From Monocercomonoides exilis PA203 (Eukaryota; Protista; Preaxostyla), in the NCBI GenBank assembly GCA_001643675.2, contig LSRY02000023.1:1-64000 (forward strand): a DNA stretch of 64,000 nt, read 5' to 3'. Positions 25,368 to 38,982 of this stretch are shown in pieces. The position numbers and the translations under genes were made by a program. Numbering within the stretch: position 1 is the stretch's first letter; every line of letters starts with the position of its first letter. Under the pieces are notes generated by a model. The model was not told the DNA's origin, did no database searches, and saw only the letters and a list, made by a program, of their open reading frames with translations.

Positions 25368-26697
25368 ATGTCACTTCAAGCAACAGATGAACTTATATGG
25401 ACATGCATTAAACATGGTTTTTGTTCATCCAGAGCAAAGTTTGGATTGTTTATTATTGTTCATGTTTGAGTTCTTTTTCAGAACAATCACACAAAATTTT
25501 TGCCGGAATCCAATGAACGTTTCCGGTTTATGCAAGCGAAGCTCTTGTCCACTTGCAAATGCATCTTATGCGACAGTTGTTGATAGAAAAGGTTTATTTA
25601 CATATTATTTTGTTTTTGTACAAAACAAAAATTAATTATTTGAAATTTTTTTGTTTAGGAGAGATATACTTAATGATAAAAACAGCTGAAAGAATGCAGT
25701 TTCCTGCAAAACTTTGGGAAAAGATAAAACTTCCAAATAATAAACGAGAAGCCAAACATATCATAAAAGACAGATTGCAATTCTTTTCCACTTTTATGCA
25801 AAGAAGTGTTTTACGTAGATATAGACGTATTCTTCAAATTCATGGGAGAATTCGTCGTCTTCGTCACAGGATAAAGTATGATAGAATTATTTTTTATTTT
25901 TTATAAATATTATTGTTGGATAGGCCTCATGAAGTTGGAATCAAAGTGAATGTTGAACGAAAAATGCGATTGAAGGAAATAAGAGCAGAGCGTGCAGCAG
26001 ATATTGAAGAAACATTGAAGAAAACTCTTTTGAAGCGTTTATCAACTGTTTGATATTATTCTAATTTTAAATTTTGAAATTATTTATTTGTGAATCATTA
26101 CAGTATCAAGAAGAAGGTGTATTTAATTTCCCACAAAAGGCTTTTGAAAAGGCTTTGGAAGAAAAGGGGGCTGAATCGGATGAGATTGATGAAGGGGAAT
26201 CAGATGAAGAAGAAGAGGAAGAGGAAGAGGAAGACATGAGCGAAGAAGAGGCAAGAAGCAAGAAGAGGGGTAAAGCGGTGAAGCCAAGATTGATGTATGA
26301 GATGGAGATGGAGGATGCCCATGCTGCTCCAATGATGCTTTCTCATTCTGCTGCTTCATCTGCATCCTCAAAATCTTCTTCTGTGAAAAGGAAAGGAGCA
26401 GATGATGAAGATGATGAAATGTATGTTGAAGACGAGGATGAAGATGACGATGACGAAGATCTGAGCGATGTTGAGGAAAGTGATGGTTATGAAGAGCTAA
26501 GCGATGAGGATGATCAAGATTTAAGTGGTTTAGATAGTATCGATGATGAAGACGATGAAGACGAAGACAATGATAGCGAAGAAAGAAAAGATCATAAAAA
26601 AGCTCCTAAATTAAGGAAGAGTGACAAAAATCAAAGCACTCCTCGAAAGACCCAGAAAAAGAAACTTCATTCTGGAGATATTGAAGATATTGTTTAA
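25368..26697 (+). CDS. MAK16: MAK16 ribosome biogenesis protein (5 exons, acidic C-terminus)
   Basis: Spliced [56 protein letters not shown]../[24 protein letters not shown] matches the Mak16 signature (DE.IW..I...FCS, NFCRN..NVTGLC.R.SCPLAN..YAT, ER...PAKLWE.IKL). Confidence 0.93.
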
Positions 26698-26947
26698 AAA
26701 ATCAAAAATACAAAAATTCACTTCATCATTTCAATATTTTATTTAAAAAGTATGAATTATGTTGTGTATTTTTATTAATAATTAGAATTGAATTTTGCTT
26801 TTTTATAAAAACTAAAAAAATACTTGAGATTTTATGTATAATGTAATTTCAAGATCAGACTTTTTGTTTGTGGTGATATTTTATATTCATACAGGCAATT
26901 TCAGCATAAATAACTTTTCTAAATTTATATTTTTTCATTTTAACAGC

Positions 26948-27583
26948 ATGCTAGTTAAACGCAGAAACGGAGGCCGCTCAAAACATGGAAGGGGACATAC
27001 ACGCTCAATTCGCTTTGTGAATTGCGAAAGATACTGCCAAAAGGTTTGAAAGTATTATAGCATTGCTTATTTATTTATTTTTTCATAAAATCAGTACAAA
27101 GCTATTGAAAGATTTGTCGTTAGAAATATGGTCTGCTACAATTTTCTTTTTTCACTTGTTTGTTTTCAATTGAATTATTTTCGATGAATGAAATCGGTTG
27201 AAGCAGCTGCACTGAATGACATTAAGGAGGCAACAGCTTATCATAGTTTGAACTTCATTTCTGATTTAGGTTGATATCTTAATAATTTTTCATTTTTTCA
27301 GGCTACACAATCTCAAAGCTTTGCATGAAAATGGAATACTGCGCCTCCTGTGCTGTACATTCACATCAAGTGCGTGTAAGGTCTGATGAAGCTCTTCGCA
27401 ATCGCGACCATCCACATCGTCAATGAGTATGTTTCAGATAATTTATGAATTATCTGTTGCAAAATATTTGCTGAACGATTTTGAACTTATTTTTATTTTA
27501 GCCAACTGATAAGTGTGATGAACAAAAAGGCCAGGTTCTTCAAGAGCACAAGGAGCAACTGGACCTGCATCGATGAGAGCATA
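26948..27583 (+). pseudogene. RPS26: 40S ribosomal protein eS26, degenerate intron-containing copy
   Basis: MLVKRRNGGRSKHGRGH..KAIERFVVRNM/VEAAALNDIKEA..EYCASCAVHSHQVRVRS is eS26; first Zn-ligand Cys is Phe, PKDK is QKYK, intron-2 acceptor reads CG (27195-27196), TGA at 27424 precedes the last exon. Confidence 0.8.
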
Positions 27584-28436
27584 ATCTGTCTCAGCATTTA
27601 GTTTTGTTATATTTACATTCTTATAAATGCACGCTCACTCAAAGTGAAATTCAGCAAAACCCCAGACTATTTCGTTTATTCATTCAAGAAAAATACTTAT
27701 TATAATCCTTTATTCTGAGTTTTCATTTACAAAATAAGGATTATTTCATTTGAAAAGCATAATGAATGTTGCAATTCAAAAATTTACTTTGGCAAATGAT
27801 CAAATAAAGCTGCAAATTTTGTTATAATATTTTGGATAACAACAAATGAACGTTAGTATTATTTTAAATATTTGATACATTCTCTTCAATTGGGTAGAAA
27901 TCAAAACTTTGTAGTTTGTTGTAATTCAAACTTTTTTCAATTCGCTTCACTTTTTTTTCAAAATTGAGCAAGCTTAACGAAAGTCTGAAACTGTTTTAAT
28001 TTTCCGCCTTTTTTTGAATCGATTTTGAGAAGAGATTTATCAATTTGAAGTTGACTTTCAATCAGCGCATTAATTACTTAATTCTAATAGTTTCAATACG
28101 TTCAATTATTAGAAAAGCAAAAGCACATCAGATACAAAACAAATATGAAAACCATGTGATCCTTCCAACAAATGACTTAAAATCGTTTATCACTGAGAAG
28201 TGAAATAGTTTTTCGCTTCAGAAGAATCACTTCGCAAAACGCCCTCAACAGTGAAAAACAGAAACTTTTTTTTTTTTGTTTTTGATGAAAGAGTTTTTGA
28301 AAGTTTTTTTCCATTTGCGAAAATAGTTTTCATGCAAATGGAAAATGAAATTTGATTATAAAAAAGCCAATGTTTAATATTATGTCATCACATGTTTAAC
28401 TTCAAATCGCTAAATCTCTTCACAGAGTTTATATAG

Positions 28437-29710
28437 TGTCACCTTTTTAAAGGGACTTTCACACTTATTAGCACTTTTTTTTGTTTTTAACTGTCAACTT
28501 TCAACAAACGTTGATTGGCTTTCAGCACATCAAAAATCCTTTTAAACCAGTTTTATTCTATTTATTCACTGTTTTCTTTTTTATCTTTGTTTTTTTCACA
28601 TCGAGATATTACGTTTTTTTGTTAAATTTGAATTGGTTTTTCCCTCTCAACCAAACATTTCCAGAAAATGAAAAATACTGTTTTCAAAAGCACAGACATT
28701 TATCTATCTGTTTTAAAATTCTTTTTTTTCACAGACACTTTTTTCTTGTTTTTTTCACATTTCATTTTTTTAACAATATGGGTGATTCTTTTTGAAATCA
28801 TAACTTTTTTCGGTGTGCTGTTTTTTTCAAAGATTACTTGTCACTGGGTAAAGATTTTTCATTTAAGTGCTTAATACATCAGAACTGTTTCAAAAACAAA
28901 TGTTTAGACTCAATTGAAAACGATGGACTTATGAGAAGGCATATTCTCTTTTCTATGTTCATTTGTTAATATTCAAGCGAGTTTTTTCGAACCGAAAATT
29001 TTTAACGGAAAAATATGACATCAAAAATAATCACCCATATGCTAACGAAAAACTGATAATTTCTTTGTAAATATGATGAAACGATAAAAATAAAAATTTG
29101 ATATACAAAACTGACACTTTAATAATGAAGTGTTGAAAAAATTAAACATTTCTTTTTTCTATTTGCCTATTACTGACAAATAACTCCAACTTGAAATTAT
29201 CGATTTTCAAATTTTTGAAACAAAGTTATTATCTTTTCAAATAGAAAAAAGAAATGTTTTATTTTTTCAACACTTCGTTATTAAAGTGTCAGTTTTGTAT
29301 ATCAAATTTTTATTTTTATCGTTTCATCATATTTTCAAAGAAATTATCAGTTTCATGTTTTAATGTTATTTAAAAAAAGAAATGTGAAAAATACAAGAAA
29401 AAAGTGTCTGTGAAAAAAAATTTTTTTTAAAATAGTTAGATTATAGTTTGTGCAATTCAAAACAACTCATCAATTTCTTGTGAGTTACCTAGTTGGCTTG
29501 TAAAAATGTCCTATAAAATTCTGCAAAAAAACTCAATTTCTCGATGTGAAAAAAAAACAAAGATAAAAAAGAAAACAGTGAATAAATAGAATAAAACTGG
29601 TTTAAAAGGATTTTTGATGTGCTGAAAGCCAATCAACGTTTGTTGAAAGTTGACAGTTAAAAATTAAAAAAAGTACTAATAAGTGAAAAAGTTCCATAAA
29701 AAGGTGATCC
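28437..29710. mobile_element. Foldback-type element of nested long inverted repeats
   Basis: IR pairs: 28485-28606/29540-29662 (near perfect), 28438-28480/29667-29709, 28715-28775/29367-29430, 28777-28814/29005-29040, 29051-29165/29238-29353. Confidence 0.7.
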
Positions 29711-31957
29711 CATTAACTTCGATTTGACACTGATAAACAATAATTACTTGAAAATTTGAACATGCTTTTGTAAAAGTTGTGAATGTTGAAAATTAAGATA
29801 AAACCAAACAATGAATATTTCAATAAGTTTATGGAATATTTCATTCAAATTTTTTTAAAAAAAAATAAATATTTGACACATTGGAATGGGGGTATGGCTG
29901 ATTTTTTTTGTTATCATTTTTTCGTTCGATTTTTGATCAAAATTTCAATCTCAAAAGGATTTTCAAAGAAAATCCATTTCCTTTTAAACATTATTATAAA
30001 GTGTGTGTATTTTTCGATATTACAGTCAAAACCGGATATAATCACATCGGTTTTTGCACAACTTTTTGTGACTATATCCGACTGTGATAAAACACGATGT
30101 TGCTTCACACAGAAAAAAATAAAAATTAATTTTTGAAATAATTAATTTTGAGTCGATTTTTTTATTTTTGGAAATTCTACACAAATACACTTTTTTCACT
30201 TGCTTGAACAATTTTGATCGTAAAAATACATTATTTTGACTTATTTGAGGACATTTTTGAAAAAGCGAAAAATTGTAACTTTTGATCAAAAAATCGATTT
30301 TTCAATGAAAAAATCACACATAATTATAAAAAATGTGATTATATATTTTCAGCCCTGTGATTTTATGCTATGAAAAATGAATGAAAAATAGGCCAAAAAT
30401 GTCGGTACATCGAAAAATGTGACTATAAATGAATGTGATTATATTCGACGTAATTGTATCCTGTTCAGACTGTAATGGGAGTTTTTTATTAATGTCAAAT
30501 ATGTCATATCAAAGAATTCAACGTCACTAATTGAAAAACAAACCAGAAGACGAATCCTTTGATTGAACACACTTTCCGAAATGATCATTTCCTTATGTTT
30601 GATTAAAAAAAACAAGTTGATAAGAATAGAACTTTTTATTTTAAATAAATAATTCGTTGAAAATCAAATTTATTTTTTATATTTCACGTTTCAACAATTA
30701 TTCAAAAAGAAAAGTGTTCAAAAGAAATAACAATTTTTGACTTTTCAATAATAATAACTTATTTGTGGGAATTGGGAAACTTCAAACTATTTCATTGAAA
30801 AATTATAAAGACTTTGTGGACTTTTTCTGATCAAAAAATTCAAAGAAAAAGGACTTATTTCTTGAAATAATTGTGATGTTTCCAAATGTTTTGTTGTTAT
30901 TTCATTGATATCTGTTAACGTTATGAAATTTTTATTTATTTTGAAATCCGAGTAAAATTTTGTCAAGTTTTGATGGAAACGATTTTTAAGTGTTTTGTGC
31001 AATTAGATAAAAAAAACGTATTTCCTCCAAATTATCTATTGATCATTATTTTCCACCTGTCCAACCTGCACCATAAATTCACAAATAATCATAAGCATTT
31101 CATTGGTGAACAAGTTTCTTATTAAAATATTTTTTTTGGCTATTTTCATTTTTCCTTTGTGTTATAAAACTTCGTCTTATATGAACATTAACCACAATAA
31201 TGCAGATTTGATAGTTGAAAGTCTTTTGAAATTTTATTTAAAAACTAATTGAAAAAAGAATAATTGCTTTTTCATCACAGGAATGATCAAAAGAGGTTTC
31301 AATTGAATCTCCCATCATTATCATTCAAAAAATATTAGAGGAAAAATGATTGGAAAAAAATGAATAAGATAAAAGTGCTGGTGATGAGATATGATAAACA
31401 ATGCAACTCAAAGAACTCTTATTTCTATTTTCGTTTGGTTATTTACTGACATTAAATAAACAAAAAATCTTAAAAAATCAAAAATAATTTGTTTGCGCCA
31501 AAGATTTAAATACGGTTATGTTCCATCAAAACAATTTGCATATTTCCCCTGAATTTTCAAGTTTTTTTTATCAAAGCTATATTCCGAAGGCAATATATTC
31601 ATTGTTGAAAGAAATTCCTTTAATACAGAATTTAAATGTGCAGCATTGCGTATGTTGATTGATTGCAAAATTGAATACAAAAAACAAGACAACAGAAAGA
31701 GAATACTTGTGAATTACAAATAGAAATGCAAATGATAACTTTTGAGATTAGCCATTACAAAATGAAGACGAAGAAGAATGAATGATTGAGGTAATGATGA
31801 TTGATAAGACACGAATAGCGTGAAACAAGAGAAGAGAAAAAGTTGTTGATTAATAAGATATAAGCGATAATATCAAAATCCATTTATTACGATGCTTTTG
31901 AACGAAAGGAATTAAGTTGAGCTCAAATAATAGATGGAAAGTGCAAATATTCTTGCG

Positions 31958-32003
<46 letters not shown>
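31958..32003. repeat. Poly(A) tract ~46 nt
   Basis: Seen directly. Confidence 0.9.
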
Positions 32004-32005
<2 letters not shown>

Positions 32006-32078
32006 TAATTAATATCTGAGACTCGAAACTCAAAAAAAAAAAAAAGAAAAAAGTTAAAAAAGAAAGTTCTAACAAACT

Positions 32079-33586
32079 TTAAAAGCGATCAGGAAGATAT
32101 TTGCTTTTGAGTTGCGGTTCCACAAAAAAATCCGAAAAATTCAGATGAAAGTTCGAATGCTGGTTCATAATTTTCATATTACTCCAAAAACTGAAAACAA
32201 TGTCTTCATATCCTTCTTCTTCTAACTTTTCAAAAATCTTTCTCTTTACCATTTCTCGTTTTTCATTGCCTCTTAATTCGTTTTGCTTTCCACAAAGCCA
32301 GTTCCAAGCATAAACAATTACATATTTGATATCCTCGTATGTCAATTCATTATATCTTTCGTCTATCTTTGTGCTCAACCTTTTCGAAAGAATTGAAAAG
32401 AACTGTAGACGCAAATGAATAGTGGATCTATTCAATGACATTTGCTTCAACGCTTCCAAAACGTAATCAACAGCTCCACATTCCAGCAAATCAGCAACAT
32501 AAATATTTGGACAATCACAGACAATGCAATTCAGGTATCGAACACAGTCTTCATATAACCATCTTTTAATATCTTTCGCTTCTTTGCACAACCTCACAAC
32601 GTATGAAATCAGCTGAAAAGTTTCCTTTTCCCATATTTTTGTTTCACAAAAGTAGATGAAACACATATAGCACCAGCTCACTAACAATTGCGCTTCTTTT
32701 TCTTCTTCTACATATTTTCTTCCTTCGCTTATCCTCCAATTTGCATTTCTTTCCAATTCTTTCATTTCTTTTGTTGCCTCTTTAATAAAATGTAGCTCCT
32801 TCGTAATAACAATATTCAAACTTCTTTTGTATTTTAATCGGCTAATTAAAAAGTTCCAAGCATATTCATAAGCAAGTTGTGTAAGGTTGCGATGCCACTG
32901 ATGATATTTGATTATATTTTCCATCTCCTTAATGCAAAGTTCTTTTTTCTCAGACAGAAAATGCTGACAAATTAAAATAATTAACAACAAAAATGTATAA
33001 ATGTTCATACGTATATTGGTTTAATTGCATTCAAAGCACATAAAGCATGCTCCACCTTTTTTTGTGAGTCCAATCTTTTCCCTTTGTTCAATGCTACTTT
33101 CAAAAAGCAGGGAAGAGCAATTGCAATCAAACAATCTGGTAAATAATGATGACAATTTAAAACGTAACACTCGCAAAGATCATAAATTTTATTTTTATTC
33201 ATTCTTTTTCCTTTCTTCTCTTCGTCAACAATCATCTTCTCAATTCTTTCACTCAAAGAAGAAAAATCAAAATGATTCATATAAAAAGCATTCGATAATT
33301 TGCTTCTTCCAATACGTTTCAACAATAATATGAGGTTATCTAATGATGTTTTCTTTTCTTTAATCAAATTGTCGATTTCAGAGTAGAAATCAACAGGAAA
33401 AAATGCACTTAAATAACTCTTCGTGCTTTCCATTATTTTGTTAAAATCTTCGAATTTTCCTTCGTCCACATCATCCATAAAATTATTTATTTCTTTAATT
33501 TTAATTTTCTGTTCTCCTTCGTTGAAATATTTAAGTTGAGAAATCATTTCTTCAATGAATGTTTTTGAAGTCAGAATAAAACCCAA
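32079..33586 (-). CDS. Uncharacterised protein of the same expanded helical family (at least 2 exons)
   Basis: ORFs 33005-33586 and 32079-33008 carry LCECY..PCFLKVALNK, KYHQWHRNLTQLAYEYAWNFL, ELHFIKEATKE, KLEEEGYED; intron at ~32954-33010; true start uncertain. Confidence 0.82.
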
Positions 33587-35961
33587 TAAAGGAATTTTTT
33601 AATATAAAATTTAAGCAACGTGAGAAAACCTAATAATTTAACTGACTGAGGAACCAACTTCTTCGGTTCCGTCATTTCACTTTCTTTGTTAAGGTGGCGT
33701 CTTTTTCTCTTGATGAATCCAAATTCAAAGTGCCAAATATCACGTATAAAAGCAAAATAGAAATATTTCAATAAAAATGAAATACATTAGAACGAGTTTT
33801 CATCCCGGCTTATTTCCAAAAACCTTGAAAAAAGAAAAATTCAAAAAACAATATCTTCAATTTATTATTATGGAAAATGGATCATTGCGATTTTTTCTCA
33901 CAAATCTCATTAAAGATTCAATCTTCAAAATTTCTTCCCTATTTCCCCCCACATCGTTAATGAGACACTTGAAGAAATGCAGAGTAAAACAACACATCAT
34001 TTGAGGTTCTTGTTGTTAAAAATTTGTTAATTTGACTATCTGTTAAATGTTTTGTTAAACGAACTTTGGAGGGTTTTAAGATTTGAATTTTTTGCATAAT
34101 AATTGTCAGGGTTGGAAATGCTAAAAAAATATTTTGAATTTCCTTTGAAAGCTTGTTTTTCATTAAAGATGATAATTTTGACATTTATTTTTTCTTTCTT
34201 TCTTTCTTAATTTCTTTTTTTTACTCGTTTTACAGAGAAAATAGTTTAAATATATTTATATTTCTAAAATGACATATTTGAAAAAATTGTTTCTTTCATT
34301 CATCCCAGGTGTGAGTTCCTCTTCAAACCTTCTTTTTTTCATTTTCAGTTTTTCAACAGCATAAAATTTCTCATATTTCCTTTTTCACGAAGACATAATA
34401 CATATAATTATCAGCAATATTTTCTGATAACTATAATTCATCATCAATTGTACTTTGAAGGATATCCACGTTATAAATCTTTGAGAATTTTGAAGAATCT
34501 ATGAGATATCGGCGAAAGAAATAAAAAATGCTTTAATGTATTTGCGTGAGTTTAGGGGCTTCAATAATCAAATCTATTCAAAGCAGAACATTTTTCTCTT
34601 TTATTACTTTTTATTTAGAATTCTTCATCCTTTCGTTAATTTTCTGCTTCTTCTGACTTTAAGACCCATTCAACTGTAAAAGTATCAACCTACTTCGTAA
34701 ACAAATTTAGTCTCTTTGATTTCATGCAAGAAGCTAACGCGTTTCATTTTTTTATTTAAATTAGCAGACAGACTCTTTTACGATGAAGAGTCGTATGAAA
34801 ATGCAAAAACTCTAAAATCCAATGGTAATAATCTTCACAAAAGTGAGTACAATCATTCCCCACTGAAAGCTACAAGAGTGCAAATACTCATGTTCGCTAT
34901 GTGCGTGGAATTATATCTGAGATGAATTTATGAATGCATAAAAGGGGAATGTTCAGCATCTTTAATGAGAAAGAATATTAATATTTGCGGGTAGCAGGAT
35001 TTGCTTGTTATTTTCAAAATAACATTTATAGAACTGCCATGCACATGATATCTTGCTATTGCTTTTCAGAATCCAGCCATCAACAAACTTGTTGTTAGAT
35101 TCATTCACATTTTTCTCAATCCTCTTATAACAATGTGATGTTTTTTGTGATAACCAGTTTGTAAGAAGCAAAAAGAGAGAAAACAATACGTAGATGAGCT
35201 TTTGCTTTCAAGATTCCATCATTATCAAGAAAAATAAACATTTCAAGATACTTTGGGTTTCTTCAATTCATAACTGTACCCTTCAAACATTATCATAGAA
35301 AAATAAGCAGCCATACAAGCATTTCTTCACAAAAAAGCTGTCTTCAGATTACTTGACATTCAGGAATTTACAAATTATCTTCACTTCAAACATTTCCAAG
35401 TAATTTCTTCTGGACTTCTTTTTCGAATCTATGCATCTTTACAATCCTTTCTTCTTTTTCATTGGTTCTTTCATAATTTCGCTTCACTTAAAAACAAATC
35501 CTCAAAACGTGAATTTCAAAAAACTTTGAAGGAATATCAAAAAGCTTATTGATTACAAAGACTTCCAAAATTGAAATGGATGAAATGCATTTAATATATT
35601 TTTGTTGATGCGTTCATTATTGGTTCGTTATCATTTTCTTTTTCACATTCTTTAATAGAATCAAAATAGAAATTGAAATGATTTTCAATAATAATTTTTT
35701 TTCTCAATAAATCATATTCTATCTTTCATTCCTTCAATCATTTTCACCATCTCAACTTTATATGATTATAAGCATAAATAAAATTGAATATATGATTCTT
35801 TGGATTGATAAAAGTGATTGATCAAATAATTAATTAATTATAAAGAATTGTTTTTATGAAAAAAGAGAGCCTCCGGTTTGAAAACAAATTTTAAATTTTA
35901 ATTTTTAAATTTTATAATCAATTTCTCTATTTCAAATTTCGATTGATTATTGTTGTTATTA

Positions 35962-38900
35962 GATTTTTCTTTGGCTCATGGAATATTGGAACAAAATCTC
36001 CACCAGAAAATTTAACGGATTGGCTTCATTTGAAAACTGGAAATAGCGATTTATTAGCAGTTTCATTACAAGAGGTTGTTCCTTTAAAAGGTATGAAATG
36101 CTTTTATTTGAAAGAATCTGGATGTTATCATAATTTATTAATAGTGACTTCTCTGTTAAAAGATACAAATAATTTATCAAAATGGGAAAAAGCCATCCTG
36201 AAAAGTCTTGGGACGTCTTATACCATGGTTTGCTATCTCCTTTTCTTGAGAAAAAAATTAGAATTATTTTGTTTTCATTTACAGCTTTCTTCAAGGCAGT
36301 TATTCGGATTATCACTTTCAGTATTTGTACGAAAAGCATTGCTAAAATACATAGAGAATTTTCAATGCTCAACTGTTTCATGTGGAATTTTAAAGTTAGT
36401 GCCAAACAAGGGAGCCATTGGTTTTAGCTTTTACCTTAATAATCGCCCTTTGTGTATCGTTGCAGCGCACCTGACTAGCGGAAGAGGTTTATTTATTAAG
36501 TTTAACAATTATATTGACACGACGAATGATGATATATTTTCAACAAACATGCTTTTTAGAGAAGCCTACACGCCGCTCAGAGGATTACCATCGAATTATG
36601 CGCGAATGTGTGTTCAAGCAACCAGAACTGCACATTTGCGACCACGATTACTCGTTTTTTCTGGGAGACCTGAATTATCGCTTGGACTCCTCACTGACGC
36701 GGGAGCAGATCGAAGACATGATCCTAGAAGACCGCATCGACGAGCTGCAGTGCTTCGACCAGCTGAACATCCAGCGCTGCCGCAAAGAGGCCTTTTCGGA
36801 GTGGGCAGAGATGCGGATCACATTTGCCCCGACATATCGCTTCAACGACGGGACAGACGTGTTCGACACCAGCCACAAGCAGCAGTGCCCGGCGTGGTGC
36901 GACCGCGTGCTGTGGAGAACAGCCAATCCGAAACTGACGCCGCCTCTGTCGTCTGTGCGGACACACTTCTACGTGCCTCATTCGCCCTCACTCTGTCTGC
37001 TGCCCAGCGAGAAGGCAAATGCTCAGGCAATGACACCTGCTGATACTTCATCATCTTTATCATCATCTTCGTCCACTCCCTCATCTTCTTCATCTTCTTC
37101 ATCTTCTTCATCTTCTTCATCTTCTTCATCTTCTTCATCTTCTTCATCTTCTTCATCTTCTTCATCTTCTTCATCTTCTTCATCTTCTTCATCTTCTTCG
37201 ACTTCTTCAACTTCTTCTTCTCCTCAGCCTACATCTTCATCGACTGCTTCTTCTTCGCTTCGAACAATCACATTCTCCAAACAGACTTCAAAGAATGCCC
37301 CAGCAAATGAACAGCCTGCTTCATCTGCTTCGACAATTCCATCAGACAACCTTTCTGAGCGTTCTCAATCTCTTCCTTCTTTTTCTCCTTCTCCACTTCC
37401 ATCGCCAACATTTTATTCTTCACCCACTTTTTGTTCTTCTCCGTCTGCTTCCTCAAATTCAAATGCAACTCCGCAAAAAGCTATTGAAGACAAAACAGAC
37501 GAAAACAATTGCACAACCATTTGCAGCAACAAAGATGGAGAAAAAGAAAAAGGAGAAAAAAACAAAGGCAAAGCAATTGAAGAAGAAGAAGAAGAAGAAG
37601 AAGGGGATGAATCGAAGCAGTATGCTGTGCTCTTTTCCCCTCTTTCCTATCCTCCTCCTCCTCCTTCTGAATGCCCCTCTGCACGTTCTCTTTCGCTGGC
37701 GGTGTCGTCGCTCTCCTTCCGCCACCCCGCTGTGCCTGTCTCTGCTGCCCCGCAGCTCTTCTTCCACCTCACTCCACTCTCTTACTCCTCCCACCAGCAC
37801 TGCCACACCAGCGACCACCGCCCCATCTCTGCCCTCTTCTCCCTCGCCCTCTCCACCCGCCTGCCTCCGCAATACTCCTCTTCCTCTGCCACACCCCCGC
37901 TCTTCCCTCAGACACACTCCGTCGGCTCTTCCCTTTCCACCCTCATGCCAAATGCCTCTCCGCCTTCGTCTCCCATTTCAGAGCAGCCGAGCAGCACTCA
38001 CAACTCATCTTCTTTCTCGCGCCCTCCTTTTCCTTCTGCCTGCAGCCAGCCTTCTTCTCCCACTTCTCTCTCTTCTCTCTCTTCTCCCACTTCTGCTTCC
38101 TCACTCGCCTCGTCTCCTTCGCCTCCTCCGCCTCTTCTTCTCTCTGAGCAGAGCAATGGAACTTCTCCTCAAACACATCCGGTTGTTGCTAATGCAGCTC
38201 CTTCAACTGAATCGTCTCCTTCTTTTCCTTCTTCTCCTTCTTCCTCCACTTCTCCTTCTTCTTCTTCTATTTCTCCATCTCCTTCATTTTCTCAGACAAA
38301 AAGTTCATCTTTGTTGAAATCGCCTTTCCTGCCAAAATCGAAACAGGTCTCTCTTTTTGTTCCTTGTGGAGTTCAGAGTTCATCTCCTTCATCATCTCCT
38401 TCAACTTCTTCCTCTTCCTCCTCCTCATCTTATTCAGAAAATGAGAACAATTCTTCTTCTCCTTCACTTAGTCTGCTGAACAATGGATCATCACCACCAT
38501 CATCGTCTTCTCCTTCAACTTCTCCTTCTTCTGCTTCAGAGTTGTCTGCCTCAAATATTTCCTTTTCTGCTCTCTCAACGCTTTCTATTTCTCCACATTC
38601 TTCCTCTTCCTCTTCCTCTTCCTCTTCATCTTCATCCTCATCCTCATCCTCTTCTCCTCTTTCTTCTCCCTCACCTTCATCTGCCTCTTCCTCCCAAGCA
38701 AACACTTTCCCCACACCCACTCCCCCTCTCCCTCTTTCCTCTGACGATACACCTGCCTCTTTCAATGCATCGCCTTCTCCCCATTCGAAGTCTCTTTCGC
38801 TGGGTGCACCTGTCCAATTGGCTGAAATGAAGGCGTTTCTGTCTCTTTTCCCACAGCAGAAGTGGCCTCTGCAATGTGACACAGACAAGTCTGGGGCAGA

Positions 38901-38982
38901 GCTGGTGAAGCAGGGCATCATCAGGAGAAGGGAAATGGTTGCAGCAGAAGAAAAAGCAGAAGATGCATCGAATGGCGGATGA
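35962..38982 (+). CDS. Inositol polyphosphate 5-phosphatase with Ser/Pro-rich insertion and tail (multi-exon; 5' end not defined)
   Basis: Motifs GSWNIG, AVSLQEV, PNKGAIG, AAHLTSG, FFLGDLNYRL, FDQL, FAPTYRF, PAWCDRVLW, SDHRPISALF. Confidence 0.92.
37080..37200 (+). repeat. (TCATCTTCT)n coding microsatellite (poly-Ser)
   Basis: ~13 tandem 9-mers encoding a run of ~40 Ser. Confidence 0.9.
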
